Part shown: in pieces, positions 9,704-18,558 of the stretch
Numbering within the stretch: position 1 is the stretch's first letter
Layout of the letters: each line of letters starts with the position of its first letter
Source: Prolixibacteraceae bacterium
Lineage (GTDB): Bacteria; Bacteroidota; Bacteroidia; Bacteroidales; Prolixibacteraceae
Direction: 5' to 3'
DNA length: 64,000 nucleotides
NCBI GenBank assembly: GCA_963677935.2
Contig: CAXXEH010000003.1
Span: 2,349,820 to 2,413,819, forward strand
Translations under genes and position numbers: made by a program
Notes under the pieces: model-generated
Told to the model about the DNA's origin: nothing
Databases searched by the model: none
Seen by the model: only the letters and a program-made list of their open reading frames with translations

Positions 9704-11239
9704 ATGAAAAAAAATACATTCAAAAAAAGTAATTCTTATTTGATAGGAGGAATTTTATTAATCGCATTCCTTGCATTCTCGTGTAAAAAAGATGAAGATT
9801 CGTCGGATATTACTAACCCCTATGTAATAAGCTACAACCCTGTTTTGGGAGTAGGTGGAATCTCAACAAGCAGTAATTTATATTTAACTTTCGATGGTAT
9901 AGTTTTGAAAGGAACTGGTAATATCACAATCACAACCGATGTTGAAAAAGGCAAGCAGGTTATTGCCGTAACCGATGATGCTGTATTACTAATCAACGAA
10001 TCAAGGATCATGGTTATCAATCCACCTGCCGATTTGCTCCCCGGCAGGGTTTATTCAGTAACTTTAGATGCCGGAATAGTAGTTGACATGGCTGGCAATA
10101 AATACTTTGGGATGCCCGATGGCGAAAAATGGACATTTACAACCGGCGGAAATGCCGGCGACTTAACTCCACCCACATTATCGTCGGTTTCACCTGCCAA
10201 CGGGGCAACAAGTGCCAGGATATTTACTCTGTCTATGACTTTTAACGAATCGATTAAAGTAAACAAAGGGAATATCGTTGTATATGACAGTAGTGATGCT
10301 GTTTTAGAAACAATCGATGCTACAAATACATCGTGTATAACAGTTAACCAAACCGATGTTACCTTAACTTTACCAACACCTCTTGGGTTCGGAAAAGAAT
10401 ACTATATAAAAATGGATGCAGGTGTTATCCAGGATATGGGAGGAAACGATTTCGCCGGTATAACTACAAAAACTACATGGAAATTTAAAACTATAGCTGG
10501 CAGCGGCTCCGATTTAATTGTGCGTTTACCATTCGACGCCGATTTCGCCGATGCCAGCGGTAACGGGTTCGATGCCACTTTAGGTGCTACAGCAACAGCC
10601 AACCCCGAAATTGTAACCGATGCCACCCGAGGTAAAGTTATTCATTTTACTGCCGGATCATATCTCCAGTTGCCAAAGCACGATTTACTGAGAATAAACG
10701 CAACCGATAATTTTAGCGTTAACCTATGGGTAAAAATGCCTCCAATCAGCTCAGATCCAGTTCTTTTTGGTTGTAAGGATTGGAATAGCGGAAAAAATCC
10801 AGGATTTTGCTTATTCCTCGATGGCGCCGATGTTTATCCAACATCAGGTTCAGGATGGGGTATAAATGCAGGCAACTATCCAAAGGGAAACCGGATAGAT
10901 TTCAAGGCTTCTGAATGTACACCAAAAGCGCCTGCCCTGGCCGATGACAAATGGCACATGGTAACAATTATTATCAACCGCACAGCGCAAACATTAAATG
11001 TGTATATCGACGGCACGGAACTTGTTAACTCAAAAACAAGCGCCTATGATTTGACCACCCTTCCTACCGATCTTTGGGATCATGACAAAGATTATGCTTT
11101 CAACATTTGGGAAGATGGAACCGGGAAATACAACTCGACTGACGACGCTCGTAAAAAAATGTCGGGGTACATGGATGAACTGTCTTGTTACAACAAAACA
11201 CTTTCGGCTAACGAGATAAAGGCGCTGTTTACTAAATAA
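9704..11239 (+). CDS. surface lipoprotein with Ig-like (SbsA_Ig-type) repeats and a C-terminal LamG / concanavalin-A-like lectin domain (candidate surface glycan-binding protein)
   Basis: The internal ATG at 9704 gives MKKNTFKK...LAFSC, a lipoprotein signal. The track start at 9653 overlaps susD. Three repeated segments of about 90 aa resemble SbsA-Ig domains. The C-terminal ~230 aa show LamG hallmarks (DASGNGFDATL, FSVNLWVK, DKWHMVTIIINRTAQTLNVYIDG, GYMDELSCYNKTLSANEIKALF). Confidence 0.7.
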   Translation: MKKNTFKKSNSYLIGGILLIAFLAFSCKKDEDSSDITNPYVISYNPVLGVGGISTSSNLYLTFDGIVLKGTGNITITTDVEKGKQVIAVTDDAVLLINESRIMVINPPADLLPGRVYSVTLDAGIVVDMAGNKYFGMPDGEKWTFTTGGNAGDLTPPTLSSVSPANGATSARIFTLSMTFNESIKVNKGNIVVYDSSDAVLETIDATNTSCITVNQTDVTLTLPTPLGFGKEYYIKMDAGVIQDMGGNDFAGITTKTTWKFKTIAGSGSDLIVRLPFDADFADASGNGFDATLGATATANPEIVTDATRGKVIHFTAGSYLQLPKHDLLRINATDNFSVNLWVKMPPISSDPVLFGCKDWNSGKNPGFCLFLDGADVYPTSGSGWGINAGNYPKGNRIDFKASECTPKAPALADDKWHMVTIIINRTAQTLNVYIDGTELVNSKTSAYDLTTLPTDLWDHDKDYAFNIWEDGTGKYNSTDDARKKMSGYMDELSCYNKTLSANEIKALFTK

Positions 11240-11241
11240 AC

Positions 11242-11289
11242 AATATATCAATAAAACCTCTTATTTATAAGGGGTTTTATTGATATATT
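11242..11289 (+). terminator. long AT-rich hairpin, probable intrinsic terminator after the LamG lipoprotein gene
   Basis: Arms 11242-11258 and 11273-11289 are exact reverse complements, and pairing extends inward to a 4-nt loop. A T-rich tract follows. Confidence 0.65.
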
Positions 11290-11873
11290 ATAATGGCTTT
11301 ACACCAGGTGCCTGGCGAGGGACATCAGCACTTCAGAAGTTAGTCGGCGGCATTTATTTTGCCACTCATTCTCATAATTTCTATCACAATGCCCCTGCAT
11401 CAGATGTTCAAAGTTATTTGGAAGATCTTGGGCAGTGGGGATAACACGCTTGTTGATTGGTACGATATGCATCATTTCGACGTCGCCAACGATCCGAAAG
11501 CTGTGGCATTTCGCAACGGGCTTCACGTGATTTTAACAGCAGCCAAACGTATCGGAATCAATGGTGGCCGGATGAATTGAAAGGCGTAAAACTGATCATG
11601 AACTGGTTCGCCTCCTATGGTGCTCAGCCACAGTCCGATCCTGGTGCAGAAGAGGCTTACAAGGCCGTGCAGCGCGTTGATGGGTTGCTATCTGCCCAAG
11701 CCCGCATGGCGTGGCGTTGGCGGCAGCTTTACTTGCGGACGTTGCTTGATGCCGAATTGAAGGGCAACGGTGGCAAGCCGAACGATCGCTGCAAGGAGGC
11801 ATTTGCCGAGTTGATCAGGATTTATCATGCACAGAATGCCGATCCCGCTGTTCGTCCGCCATTGTGTCAATAG
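11290..11873 (+). pseudogene. 5'-truncated, twice frameshifted remnant of a (probably glycan-active) enzyme gene
   Basis: Protein-like reading needs frame 3 (..GIYFATHSHNFYHNAPASDVQSYLEDLGQW), then frame 1 (DNTLVDWYDMHHFDVANDPKAVAFRNGLHVILTAAKRIGI), then frame 3 again (WWPDELKGVKLIMNWFASYG...PPLCQ*). The switches fall at the G4 run 11437-11440 and near 11559-11562. There is no start codon and no N-terminal region. Confidence 0.6.
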
Positions 11874-11886
11874 AATAATAAAAGCT

Positions 11887-14262
11887 ATGAAACAAAGATA
11901 CAACCTGATTCGTCGTCGGTTCATGTGTACGGCGGCTATAGTTTCCGTGATGTGGATTTTCGGACCGCTAAAGGCGGATGCCCAGAAAAGTGAGAAAATT
12001 TCCACCAATTTGTCAAAAGGGGAAAGGGCTGTGATTCATCGGTCTCTGGAGGTGGAACTGCCAAATCAGAAGCACAATGCCATCAAGACCTCGTGGCCGG
12101 GAATTGGCTGCTGGTTCTGGACGGCAGAAGAGTTCAAACCAGATGGTTTCAAGCGGTTTATAGACCTCCATGAGAAGCATTCTTCCTTCAAATTGTTGAC
12201 AACCAGTATCCGTTGTCCTGCTGAAGTATCTGATTCAACTGTTCATGATCAGATCAAAGCTGCGGCCGGGTATGCCCGTAAACATGATATGGGAATTGTG
12301 ATGGATTTGGAGGCTCCATTTGCCCGAATTGAGTTTGCCCGGATATATCCTGATGAACTTCAGGGAGTTGTTCAATTGAGAGAAGTGAAAATGAAAGTTT
12401 TCGGCGAGGTTGATATATCTGTTGAATCGCCTTCATTCGGAAATTATGGATTTTATAAGAAGGGCTTTGATTCTGTGGACGGAAGTTTGGTGCGGGTTTA
12501 CACTTATTTTTCCGGTACAGATGGAATTGAGTCGGTCGATGACATCACCAGCCAATGCAAGGTTGAACTGACGAATACCCGGAATGTAAAAGTGATGGTT
12601 CCGTGTAAAGCACGCGACAAGGGTCGAACGGCTTGTGTTATGGCCTTATTTCATCTTTTCACCCCAGATATCTTCGCACCTCATTTACCCCTCTTTGAAA
12701 GAAATTTGCTGAAGCAATATGCCGATGTGCCACTTGCCGGAACGTGTAAAGATGAATGGGGGTTTATTCCTTCAGGTGGCGTTTCAGCTCCCAACGATTT
12801 ATGGTATTCGAAATTTACAGAAGAGGAATATATAAGGCGGAGACCGGGGCATGATCTGATTCGGGATATTCTCTTAATGAGTAAAGGAGAAAAAGGAAAG
12901 GACAGTGAGCGTGCTGCTGCCATTAATCATTATATGGAAATGTTTTGGCAACGCAATGCTGAAATTGAAACATTGTTTTATGTTGCGAGTAAAGATGTTT
13001 TCGGTAAGAAGACCATGGTTGGTACACATCCTACCTGGTGGCCATATCCTGGTAGCGCAGAAGTTTTCAAGAATGGTTTAGATTGGTGGGCGGTCAGGCG
13101 AGATTTGGCACAAACTGATGAGTCAACACCATTTTGCGTTCGAACAGCTTTGGCTAAGAAGTTGTACAGTCCGCTATGGTACAATATGTATTATGCCCCC
13201 TCCATACAACCCTATGAGGAGGAGCTATGGCGCGATGCGTTGACCGGTGGCCGGATAAACTTTCATCCTCTCTTTCCGGACCAAATGAATAATCTTAGCA
13301 GCAATCTAATGCCCGTAGCAGGGAAACTGCTTCGTGCAGATTGCCGCGTGCGTCTGTTGAACTACATTTCAACTGCACCGATCGATTGTCCGGTGGCCGT
13401 TGTGTTCAGCCATCCCAACGTTACCAATTGGTACAGTCCGAATTTCGGCGATGCGGGCGTATCGGTTTGCGATCGACTATGGCAGGATGGTTACTACGCT
13501 GACCTGATTCCCAGCAGTGAAATCGCTGCCGGAGCTCTGAAATTGTCGGAGGACGGGCACATTCAATATGGACCCCAGAAATATGCGGCTGTCGTATTTT
13601 ACCAACCCCAATACGAACGGCCGATGATAGGTGAGTTCTTTCGTAAAGCTTCTGACGCGGGCAAAACGAAACTGTACCGGATTGGCGATTGGACGATGGA
13701 TTTCGAGGGAAATACAGTTGATGCCCAAAAGGTGTTGCCGAAAGATATGATAATGGCAGACCAAGCCGGATGTGTTCAAGATATCCTTGCACAGTTGAAG
13801 AAATCAGGAGTAAGCCCGCACACACCATGTACGATGCATTCATCTGGAGGCTTCCCCGCTTCGATGATGCCTAAGCCCAGCGGACAATGCCGGTTGCTCG
13901 ATGGTACGGTAATTCTTGCTTCCGGCGAAAAAGATGTATTGGGTGACCCAATCCGGAAAACAATAAAAGTAGGAGTTCATGAGGTCAGCTTCGATGCTGT
14001 TGGAGTGGCTGCTGTGCGACTGGCCTCAAATGGCAAACTTGAAGCCCTGGCAGCCGGTGCCCTGAAATCATTTTATGGTGGTGGATTGGCTATTGAATTG
14101 CCGGAACCGGTTGATATAGCTCTATGGCGTGATAAGAAAGGCCGGTGGCAAGGTATCATACAAGGTTGGGAGGGACCTATTCCCCCTTCGCTTTCTGCAA
14201 TAACTAAAAACTGGCAGCGTCTGGCAGTGCCCGAACCATACAGACCTATTGGTATTTCGTAG
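11887..14262 (+). CDS. secreted PUL-encoded protein of unknown family (791 aa), candidate uncharacterised glycoside hydrolase
   Basis: The ATG at 11887 gives a signal peptide (MKQRYNLIRRRFMCTAAIVSVMWIFGPLKADAQ). The ORF is long and uninterrupted between PUL genes. I recognise no family motif. Confidence 0.7.
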   Translation: MKQRYNLIRRRFMCTAAIVSVMWIFGPLKADAQKSEKISTNLSKGERAVIHRSLEVELPNQKHNAIKTSWPGIGCWFWTAEEFKPDGFKRFIDLHEKHSSFKLLTTSIRCPAEVSDSTVHDQIKAAAGYARKHDMGIVMDLEAPFARIEFARIYPDELQGVVQLREVKMKVFGEVDISVESPSFGNYGFYKKGFDSVDGSLVRVYTYFSGTDGIESVDDITSQCKVELTNTRNVKVMVPCKARDKGRTACVMALFHLFTPDIFAPHLPLFERNLLKQYADVPLAGTCKDEWGFIPSGGVSAPNDLWYSKFTEEEYIRRRPGHDLIRDILLMSKGEKGKDSERAAAINHYMEMFWQRNAEIETLFYVASKDVFGKKTMVGTHPTWWPYPGSAEVFKNGLDWWAVRRDLAQTDESTPFCVRTALAKKLYSPLWYNMYYAPSIQPYEEELWRDALTGGRINFHPLFPDQMNNLSSNLMPVAGKLLRADCRVRLLNYISTAPIDCPVAVVFSHPNVTNWYSPNFGDAGVSVCDRLWQDGYYADLIPSSEIAAGALKLSEDGHIQYGPQKYAAVVFYQPQYERPMIGEFFRKASDAGKTKLYRIGDWTMDFEGNTVDAQKVLPKDMIMADQAGCVQDILAQLKKSGVSPHTPCTMHSSGGFPASMMPKPSGQCRLLDGTVILASGEKDVLGDPIRKTIKVGVHEVSFDAVGVAAVRLASNGKLEALAAGALKSFYGGGLAIELPEPVDIALWRDKKGRWQGIIQGWEGPIPPSLSAITKNWQRLAVPEPYRPIGIS

Positions 14263-14284
14263 CGAATTATTAAAAATTGACAGG

Positions 14285-15895
14285 ATGACAACAATAAGAT
14301 TAATATTGCTTGTTTTTTTTCAGTTTTTCAGCCTGAATTCATTTGGTCAGATGTATGAGAAATGGGGCGATCAAGGTGCCGGGATTTACGTAAATCCTGT
14401 TCTTCCGGGAGATTATAGCGACCTTGATGCAATTCGTGTTGGTAAAGACTTTTATGCTATTTCTTCTACCAACCAGTTTTCGCCTGGAATGGTGGTGCTT
14501 CATTCGGTTGACCTTGTTAACTGGGAAATTATTAGCCATGTGGTAAATGATCTCACTGCAATCAGTTCAGAGCTTAACTGGGATAAGATGAATTGCTATG
14601 GTAAAGGCATTTGGGCAGGTTCAATACGCTATTACAAGGATAAGTTTTGGGTATATTTTGGTACGCCTGATGATGGTTTTTTTATGAGTTCGGCTACAAA
14701 CCCGGCTGGCCCGTGGGACCCTTTACATCAGGTTTGGAAAGTAAAGGATTGGGACGATTGCTGCTCATTTTGCGACGATGATGGACAAATTTATTTTATT
14801 GCCACCAACTTTGGTTTAGACCCAAAGAACGGTAAAAAATACAATATTCACCTTTTCAAAATGACACCAGATGGGAAAAGCCTGATTATGGAATCCGACA
14901 CTATTATTTATCAGGCTAAAGGAAGCGAGGCGAATAAATTGTACAAAATCAATGGTTTGTATTATTGTTTTTTTAGCGAAGTAAAATCCGAAGGCCGGGT
15001 TATGATGATGCAACGCTCGAAAAATATTTACGGACCTTACGAGGTAAAACAATTGAACCATGTAACTCCTTCCAAGGATAAAGAACCAAATCAAGGAGGT
15101 TTAATAAGTTTAGACAATGAAAGTTGGTGGTTTTTTACGCATCACGGCACAGGAGATTGGGAAGGTCGGGCTGCAAGTTTGTTGCCGGTAAATTGGGTAT
15201 CTGGATGGCCAATTATTGGTGAAGTAGGAAAAGACACCATTGGCAACATGGTGTGGACAGCGAAAAAACCGATTCATGGTCGCAGCGAAAAAATTGAAAT
15301 TCAAACTGACGATGATTTTTCAAAAAAAAATCTATCACCTCAATGGGAATGGAACTACCAGCCACGAGCCGATAAATGGTCGTTAACAGATAGAAAAGGT
15401 TTTTTACGGCTTTATGCTTTCAGACCAATCAGGACAGAAGACAATACTAAAATAGTTCTGCGTGCCGGAAACACTGTCACCCAACGGAGTATGCGCACAA
15501 AAGCTAATGTAGTAACCGTAAAAATTGATATAAGCAGAATGGTTAACGGTCAATGTGCCGGATTAACACATTTCTCAACTACTAGTTACAGTACGCTGGG
15601 GATAAAACAAGAAAACGGAATAAAAAATCTTGTGTGCGACATCAATGGCAAAGATTCAATTATAACCCCAATTATCCAAAAATACATTTGGCTACAATCA
15701 TCGTGGGATATAAAGGGAGTTAATTCCTATTCGTACAGTTTAGATAAAAAAACATATAGTCCGCTGAATATATCCACACAACTCACATGGGGTAGCTATC
15801 GTGGTGACCGAATTGGTATATACAATTACAACACAATTGAAGATAAGGGATTTGTAGATATAGACTTTTTTAACTATGTCTATTCGAAATTGTAA
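14285..15895 (+). CDS. glycoside hydrolase family 43 enzyme (beta-xylosidase/alpha-L-arabinofuranosidase type) with C-terminal beta-sandwich domain
   Basis: The ATG at 14285 gives signal peptide MTTIRLILLVFFQFFSLNSFGQ. NPVLPGDYSDLDAIRVGKDFYAISST is the typical GH43 N-terminal blade with the catalytic Asp. The ~200-aa C-terminal extension resembles GH43_C2. Confidence 0.85.
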   Translation: MTTIRLILLVFFQFFSLNSFGQMYEKWGDQGAGIYVNPVLPGDYSDLDAIRVGKDFYAISSTNQFSPGMVVLHSVDLVNWEIISHVVNDLTAISSELNWDKMNCYGKGIWAGSIRYYKDKFWVYFGTPDDGFFMSSATNPAGPWDPLHQVWKVKDWDDCCSFCDDDGQIYFIATNFGLDPKNGKKYNIHLFKMTPDGKSLIMESDTIIYQAKGSEANKLYKINGLYYCFFSEVKSEGRVMMMQRSKNIYGPYEVKQLNHVTPSKDKEPNQGGLISLDNESWWFFTHHGTGDWEGRAASLLPVNWVSGWPIIGEVGKDTIGNMVWTAKKPIHGRSEKIEIQTDDDFSKKNLSPQWEWNYQPRADKWSLTDRKGFLRLYAFRPIRTEDNTKIVLRAGNTVTQRSMRTKANVVTVKIDISRMVNGQCAGLTHFSTTSYSTLGIKQENGIKNLVCDINGKDSIITPIIQKYIWLQSSWDIKGVNSYSYSLDKKTYSPLNISTQLTWGSYRGDRIGIYNYNTIEDKGFVDIDFFNYVYSKL

Positions 15896-16105
15896 AAAGG
15901 GCAGCGCCATAAAAGGACTTTGAGCGGTCTGCAAGACCCAGCGATGAAGATGAGTCCTTCTTACTTATACAAATAATTAATGAGAAATTTGGATTACAAC
16001 ATAGAAGGGGAAAGCTGCCAATCGTTTGTAACGATGTAATAGCGGTGTCTATTCACGTCATTAATGATTGCCCACCAATATAAAAAACGTTATAGCTGTA
16101 AAATT

Positions 16106-16205
16106 CGTTTGGTTATCCACACTTTGCAGGAGACCAATCATGATCTCGTTTGGCTATTTGCACTTTGCAGGAGAGCAATCAAGATCACGTTTGGTTATCC
16201 AAAAT
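16106..16205. repeat. 41-bp tandem repeat, about 2.4 copies
   Basis: Units start at 16106, 16147 and 16188 (cgtttggYtatYYgcactttgcaggagaScaatcaWgatcW). They are non-coding; the 61-aa ORF over them has no support. Confidence 0.85.
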
Positions 16206-16294
16206 CATTTTAAAAACCTGCCATTCCCGTTTCGGCAGACTGAGTTTTTTTAGTTTAATTTACTATTTACCCCTTAAATTAAGCATGATAAAGA

Positions 16295-16320
16295 CTAAGC
16301 TTTTGGTCTGTTAAGCTTAG
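16295..16320. terminator. 8-bp palindromic hairpin downstream of the minus-strand membrane ORFs (weak terminator candidate)
   Basis: ctaagctt-(10 nt)-aagcttag, located 49 nt past the stop at 16369. Confidence 0.3.
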
Positions 16321-16368
16321 CGATAAAGAAAATAATTGTCGTTTCATTAGAGATGATTTCAGGTGCAA

Positions 16369-16638
16369 TCAGGATCCGAGCTCTTTCAATAATAACAATG
16401 CCTTATCTCTGAGGGGCTTTTGACGTTTGCTCCAGATTCGATAGCCAACGAAAAACCCGAAAACCAATAAAATGATAAAACTCACCTGTGCAATTAAAAA
16501 ACGGGGAAGAGGGTCAGCAACCTTGAAAATATCACTCATAAAAAAACACAAGCCAATATCTTCAACCACAAGTGTTAATAAAATATAGAAAAGACGCCCG
16601 TGAAATACCTGGTAACGCATTGCAGCCCTGGTCAACAT
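16369..16638 (-). CDS. small membrane protein (89 aa from ATG 16638), or the C-terminal half of a split ~185-aa membrane protein
   Basis: Two predicted TM stretches (FYILLTLVVEDIGLCFF, AQVSFIILLVFGFFVGY). The ATG lies 1 nt after the TGA of the upstream 95-aa ORF (tac cgt TGA g ATG). Confidence 0.45.
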   Translation of the reverse strand: MLTRAAMRYQVFHGRLFYILLTLVVEDIGLCFFMSDIFKVADPLPRFLIAQVSFIILLVFGFFVGYRIWSKRQKPLRDKALLLLKELGS

Positions 16639-16639
16639 C

Positions 16640-16927
16640 TCAACGGTAGGCACAGTAATCAATCGACTTATATTCTTTTTGAAAATTTCTATTGAACAAT
16701 GCCAATGCAAGAAATGAAGCCATAACCAATGCCGCACCGAATGGCTTGACCCAGTTTTCACTCATAATGAATTCAAGTAGGGTTAATAATAAATAGAGTA
16801 CTGCCATTACCCACATCAGTCGTTGCATTTTATGGGTTATTTTGAGATTCCTGGCATCCTCTTTTCTTAGGTTTACGATCAAGATTTCAAGATCGAAGGG
16901 CGATTGATTTGTTATATTTGTTATCAT
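16640..16927 (-). CDS. small membrane protein (95 aa) downstream of ECF sigma; possible anti-sigma-like partner or N-terminal half of a split gene
   Basis: ATG at 16927, 26 nt after the sigma factor stop. Two hydrophobic segments (LMWVMAVLYLLLTLLEFI, FGAALVMASFLALALF). Confidence 0.45.
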   Translation of the reverse strand: MITNITNQSPFDLEILIVNLRKEDARNLKITHKMQRLMWVMAVLYLLLTLLEFIMSENWVKPFGAALVMASFLALALFNRNFQKEYKSIDYCAYR

Positions 16928-16953
16928 GGAAATGACTATTTAACAGGATATTT

Positions 16954-17373
16954 TTAAAGATTACGGTTAACCTTGACGGTTAAATTCCGCCGCAGATCTT
17001 CTTTAATGCGGTGGATCTTTACCTTCACGTTTGGCTCAGTAAGACCGATGACTTCGGAAATTTCATGCATCGAAAGTCCCTCAAGCACAAGCGACATCAA
17101 CGCTTTATCGATGACCGACAACAGGTTAAGCTGTGTTTGTAATTGCTCCAGTTCAGCCTCTTTCCCAAGGTAGAACTCCAATTCATCATCATTGATAAGA
17201 AGATTGAGGTTGACCTGGTCGATATTGACATGTAGCTTCATAAAGCGAAATGTTTTACCTGTAAAACTGAGTGAAGTATTTACGGCAATCCGGTAGATCC
17301 AGGTACTGACAGACGATTCACCGCGAAAACGGTCAATACTATTCCAGATATTCACCAGTACTTCCTGATGCAT
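16954..17373 (-). CDS. ECF sigma-70 family factor, apparently N-terminally frameshifted (intact reading would span 16954-17480)
   Basis: It has a region 2 core (EVLVNIWNSIDRFRGESSVSTWIYRIAVN) and region 4 (LEGLSMHEISEVIGLTEPNVKVKIHRIKEDL). In-frame sigma-like sequence (KIIAENGDRILRICRYYNSNTEDQKD) continues upstream to a stop. A start (MKENKEEHFK, ATG at 17480) sits one frame away. Confidence 0.75.
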   Translation of the reverse strand: MHQEVLVNIWNSIDRFRGESSVSTWIYRIAVNTSLSFTGKTFRFMKLHVNIDQVNLNLLINDDELEFYLGKEAELEQLQTQLNLLSVIDKALMSLVLEGLSMHEISEVIGLTEPNVKVKIHRIKEDLRRNLTVKVNRNL

Positions 17374-17571
17374 ATCTTTTTGATCTTCCGTATTGCTATT
17401 ATAGTAGCGACAAATGCGTAATATTCTATCCCCGTTTTCGGCTATTATCTTTTAAAATGTTCTTCTTTATTTTCCTTCATCAAAAAGGTTTTGTTTATTT
17501 AGTATCATGTAACTCCGAATGGTTACATTTTTTCTGTGAATTCCGGTAAATAAATTGATGAATTGATATTT

Positions 17572-18300
17572 TTACCGAAATTTATCGAGCTCCTCAAAAG
17601 ACAAATCCATCAGGGGATATTTTTCCCATCCCTTAAAGTCGAAATGCCACCACTCGGTTGAGATCTGTTTAAATCCAAAATGAGCCATTAGTTCAAAAAG
17701 AAATTTCCGGTTAGCAATAACCGTATCAGGCAGATTGGCATAGGTTGGAGTGGCTTTGTCACTAAAATCATCAAATTGAGTAGGCATGGGTATCTCCTTT
17801 CCGGTAGCACGTTCAACAAATGTTAAGTCCACAGCACAGCCACGATTATGGCGCGAACCGGAACGGGGACTTGCCACAAAATTTGTGTCAGGATAAACCT
17901 GAAAGAAAAGAAGCGTAGCCGCATAAGGGCGGTAGGCGTCATAGATTTTCAGACCAAGGCCATAACGTTTCAGGGAATCCTGTACTTTTTGAATCGCATT
18001 GGCGACCGGTTTGCGAACAAAAGCCTTTGATGAAGCATAGATCACTTTGCCAGTAAAGTTGTTTGCCGTTGCATAACGGATATCCAAAACAATTGAGGGA
18101 ATCTTCTTTGTAAGGTCTATCATTTGCATTTCGTGATTCCCTGCTACCTGGCTCTCATAATCATTCACGGTCTGAGTCATTCTAAGGTGATATGGATTGC
18201 GCTTATTTTGAACAATCTGACTAAAACAGAGCTCCTGATAAAAAACAAAGACCAAAAAAATAACAAAGCAGATTGGGTATTTAAATCGGATATTTAACAT
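17572..18300 (-). CDS. D-alanyl-D-alanine dipeptidase, peptidase M15D (VanX/DdpX-like)
   Basis: 242 aa with a signal peptide. The SxHxxGxAxD motif appears as SRHNRGCAVDLT, and EWWHF is also present. Confidence 0.8.
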   Translation of the reverse strand: MLNIRFKYPICFVIFLVFVFYQELCFSQIVQNKRNPYHLRMTQTVNDYESQVAGNHEMQMIDLTKKIPSIVLDIRYATANNFTGKVIYASSKAFVRKPVANAIQKVQDSLKRYGLGLKIYDAYRPYAATLLFFQVYPDTNFVASPRSGSRHNRGCAVDLTFVERATGKEIPMPTQFDDFSDKATPTYANLPDTVIANRKFLFELMAHFGFKQISTEWWHFDFKGWEKYPLMDLSFEELDKFR

Positions 18301-18558
18301 GTTCAGAAAATTAACAGATCACCAAAAGCATTCTGCAAATTAGTAGAAAAAAAATCTGAATCAACTATTTAATGGTTGATATTGGTAATTTTGGGAAATG
18401 AAACCCTCATGAGTAAAAGCTCGCCAATGAAGATAATACCAGAGCTGGCGGATTGAGGGTTCCCCCGATGGATCTGGGCAAGCTATGTGGCCTTTAAAAA
18501 ACAATTTTTTTAAAGATGAAATTGATTTCTTGTTCCATTTAGATAAATTTGATCTGCA

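Noticed and set aside
9653-14284. Upstream track starts at 9653, 11827 and 14249
   Set aside because: Each overlaps the preceding gene. Each is followed by an internal ATG (9704, 11887, 14285) that yields a canonical signal or lipoprotein peptide.
18395-18470. Inverted repeat aaaccctca...tgagggtt with inner agctc/gagct pairing upstream of the small lipoprotein gene, possibly a riboswitch-like element
   Set aside because: The stems are short (9 bp and 5 bp) with a long loop, and I recognise no match to any riboswitch consensus. The evidence is insufficient.
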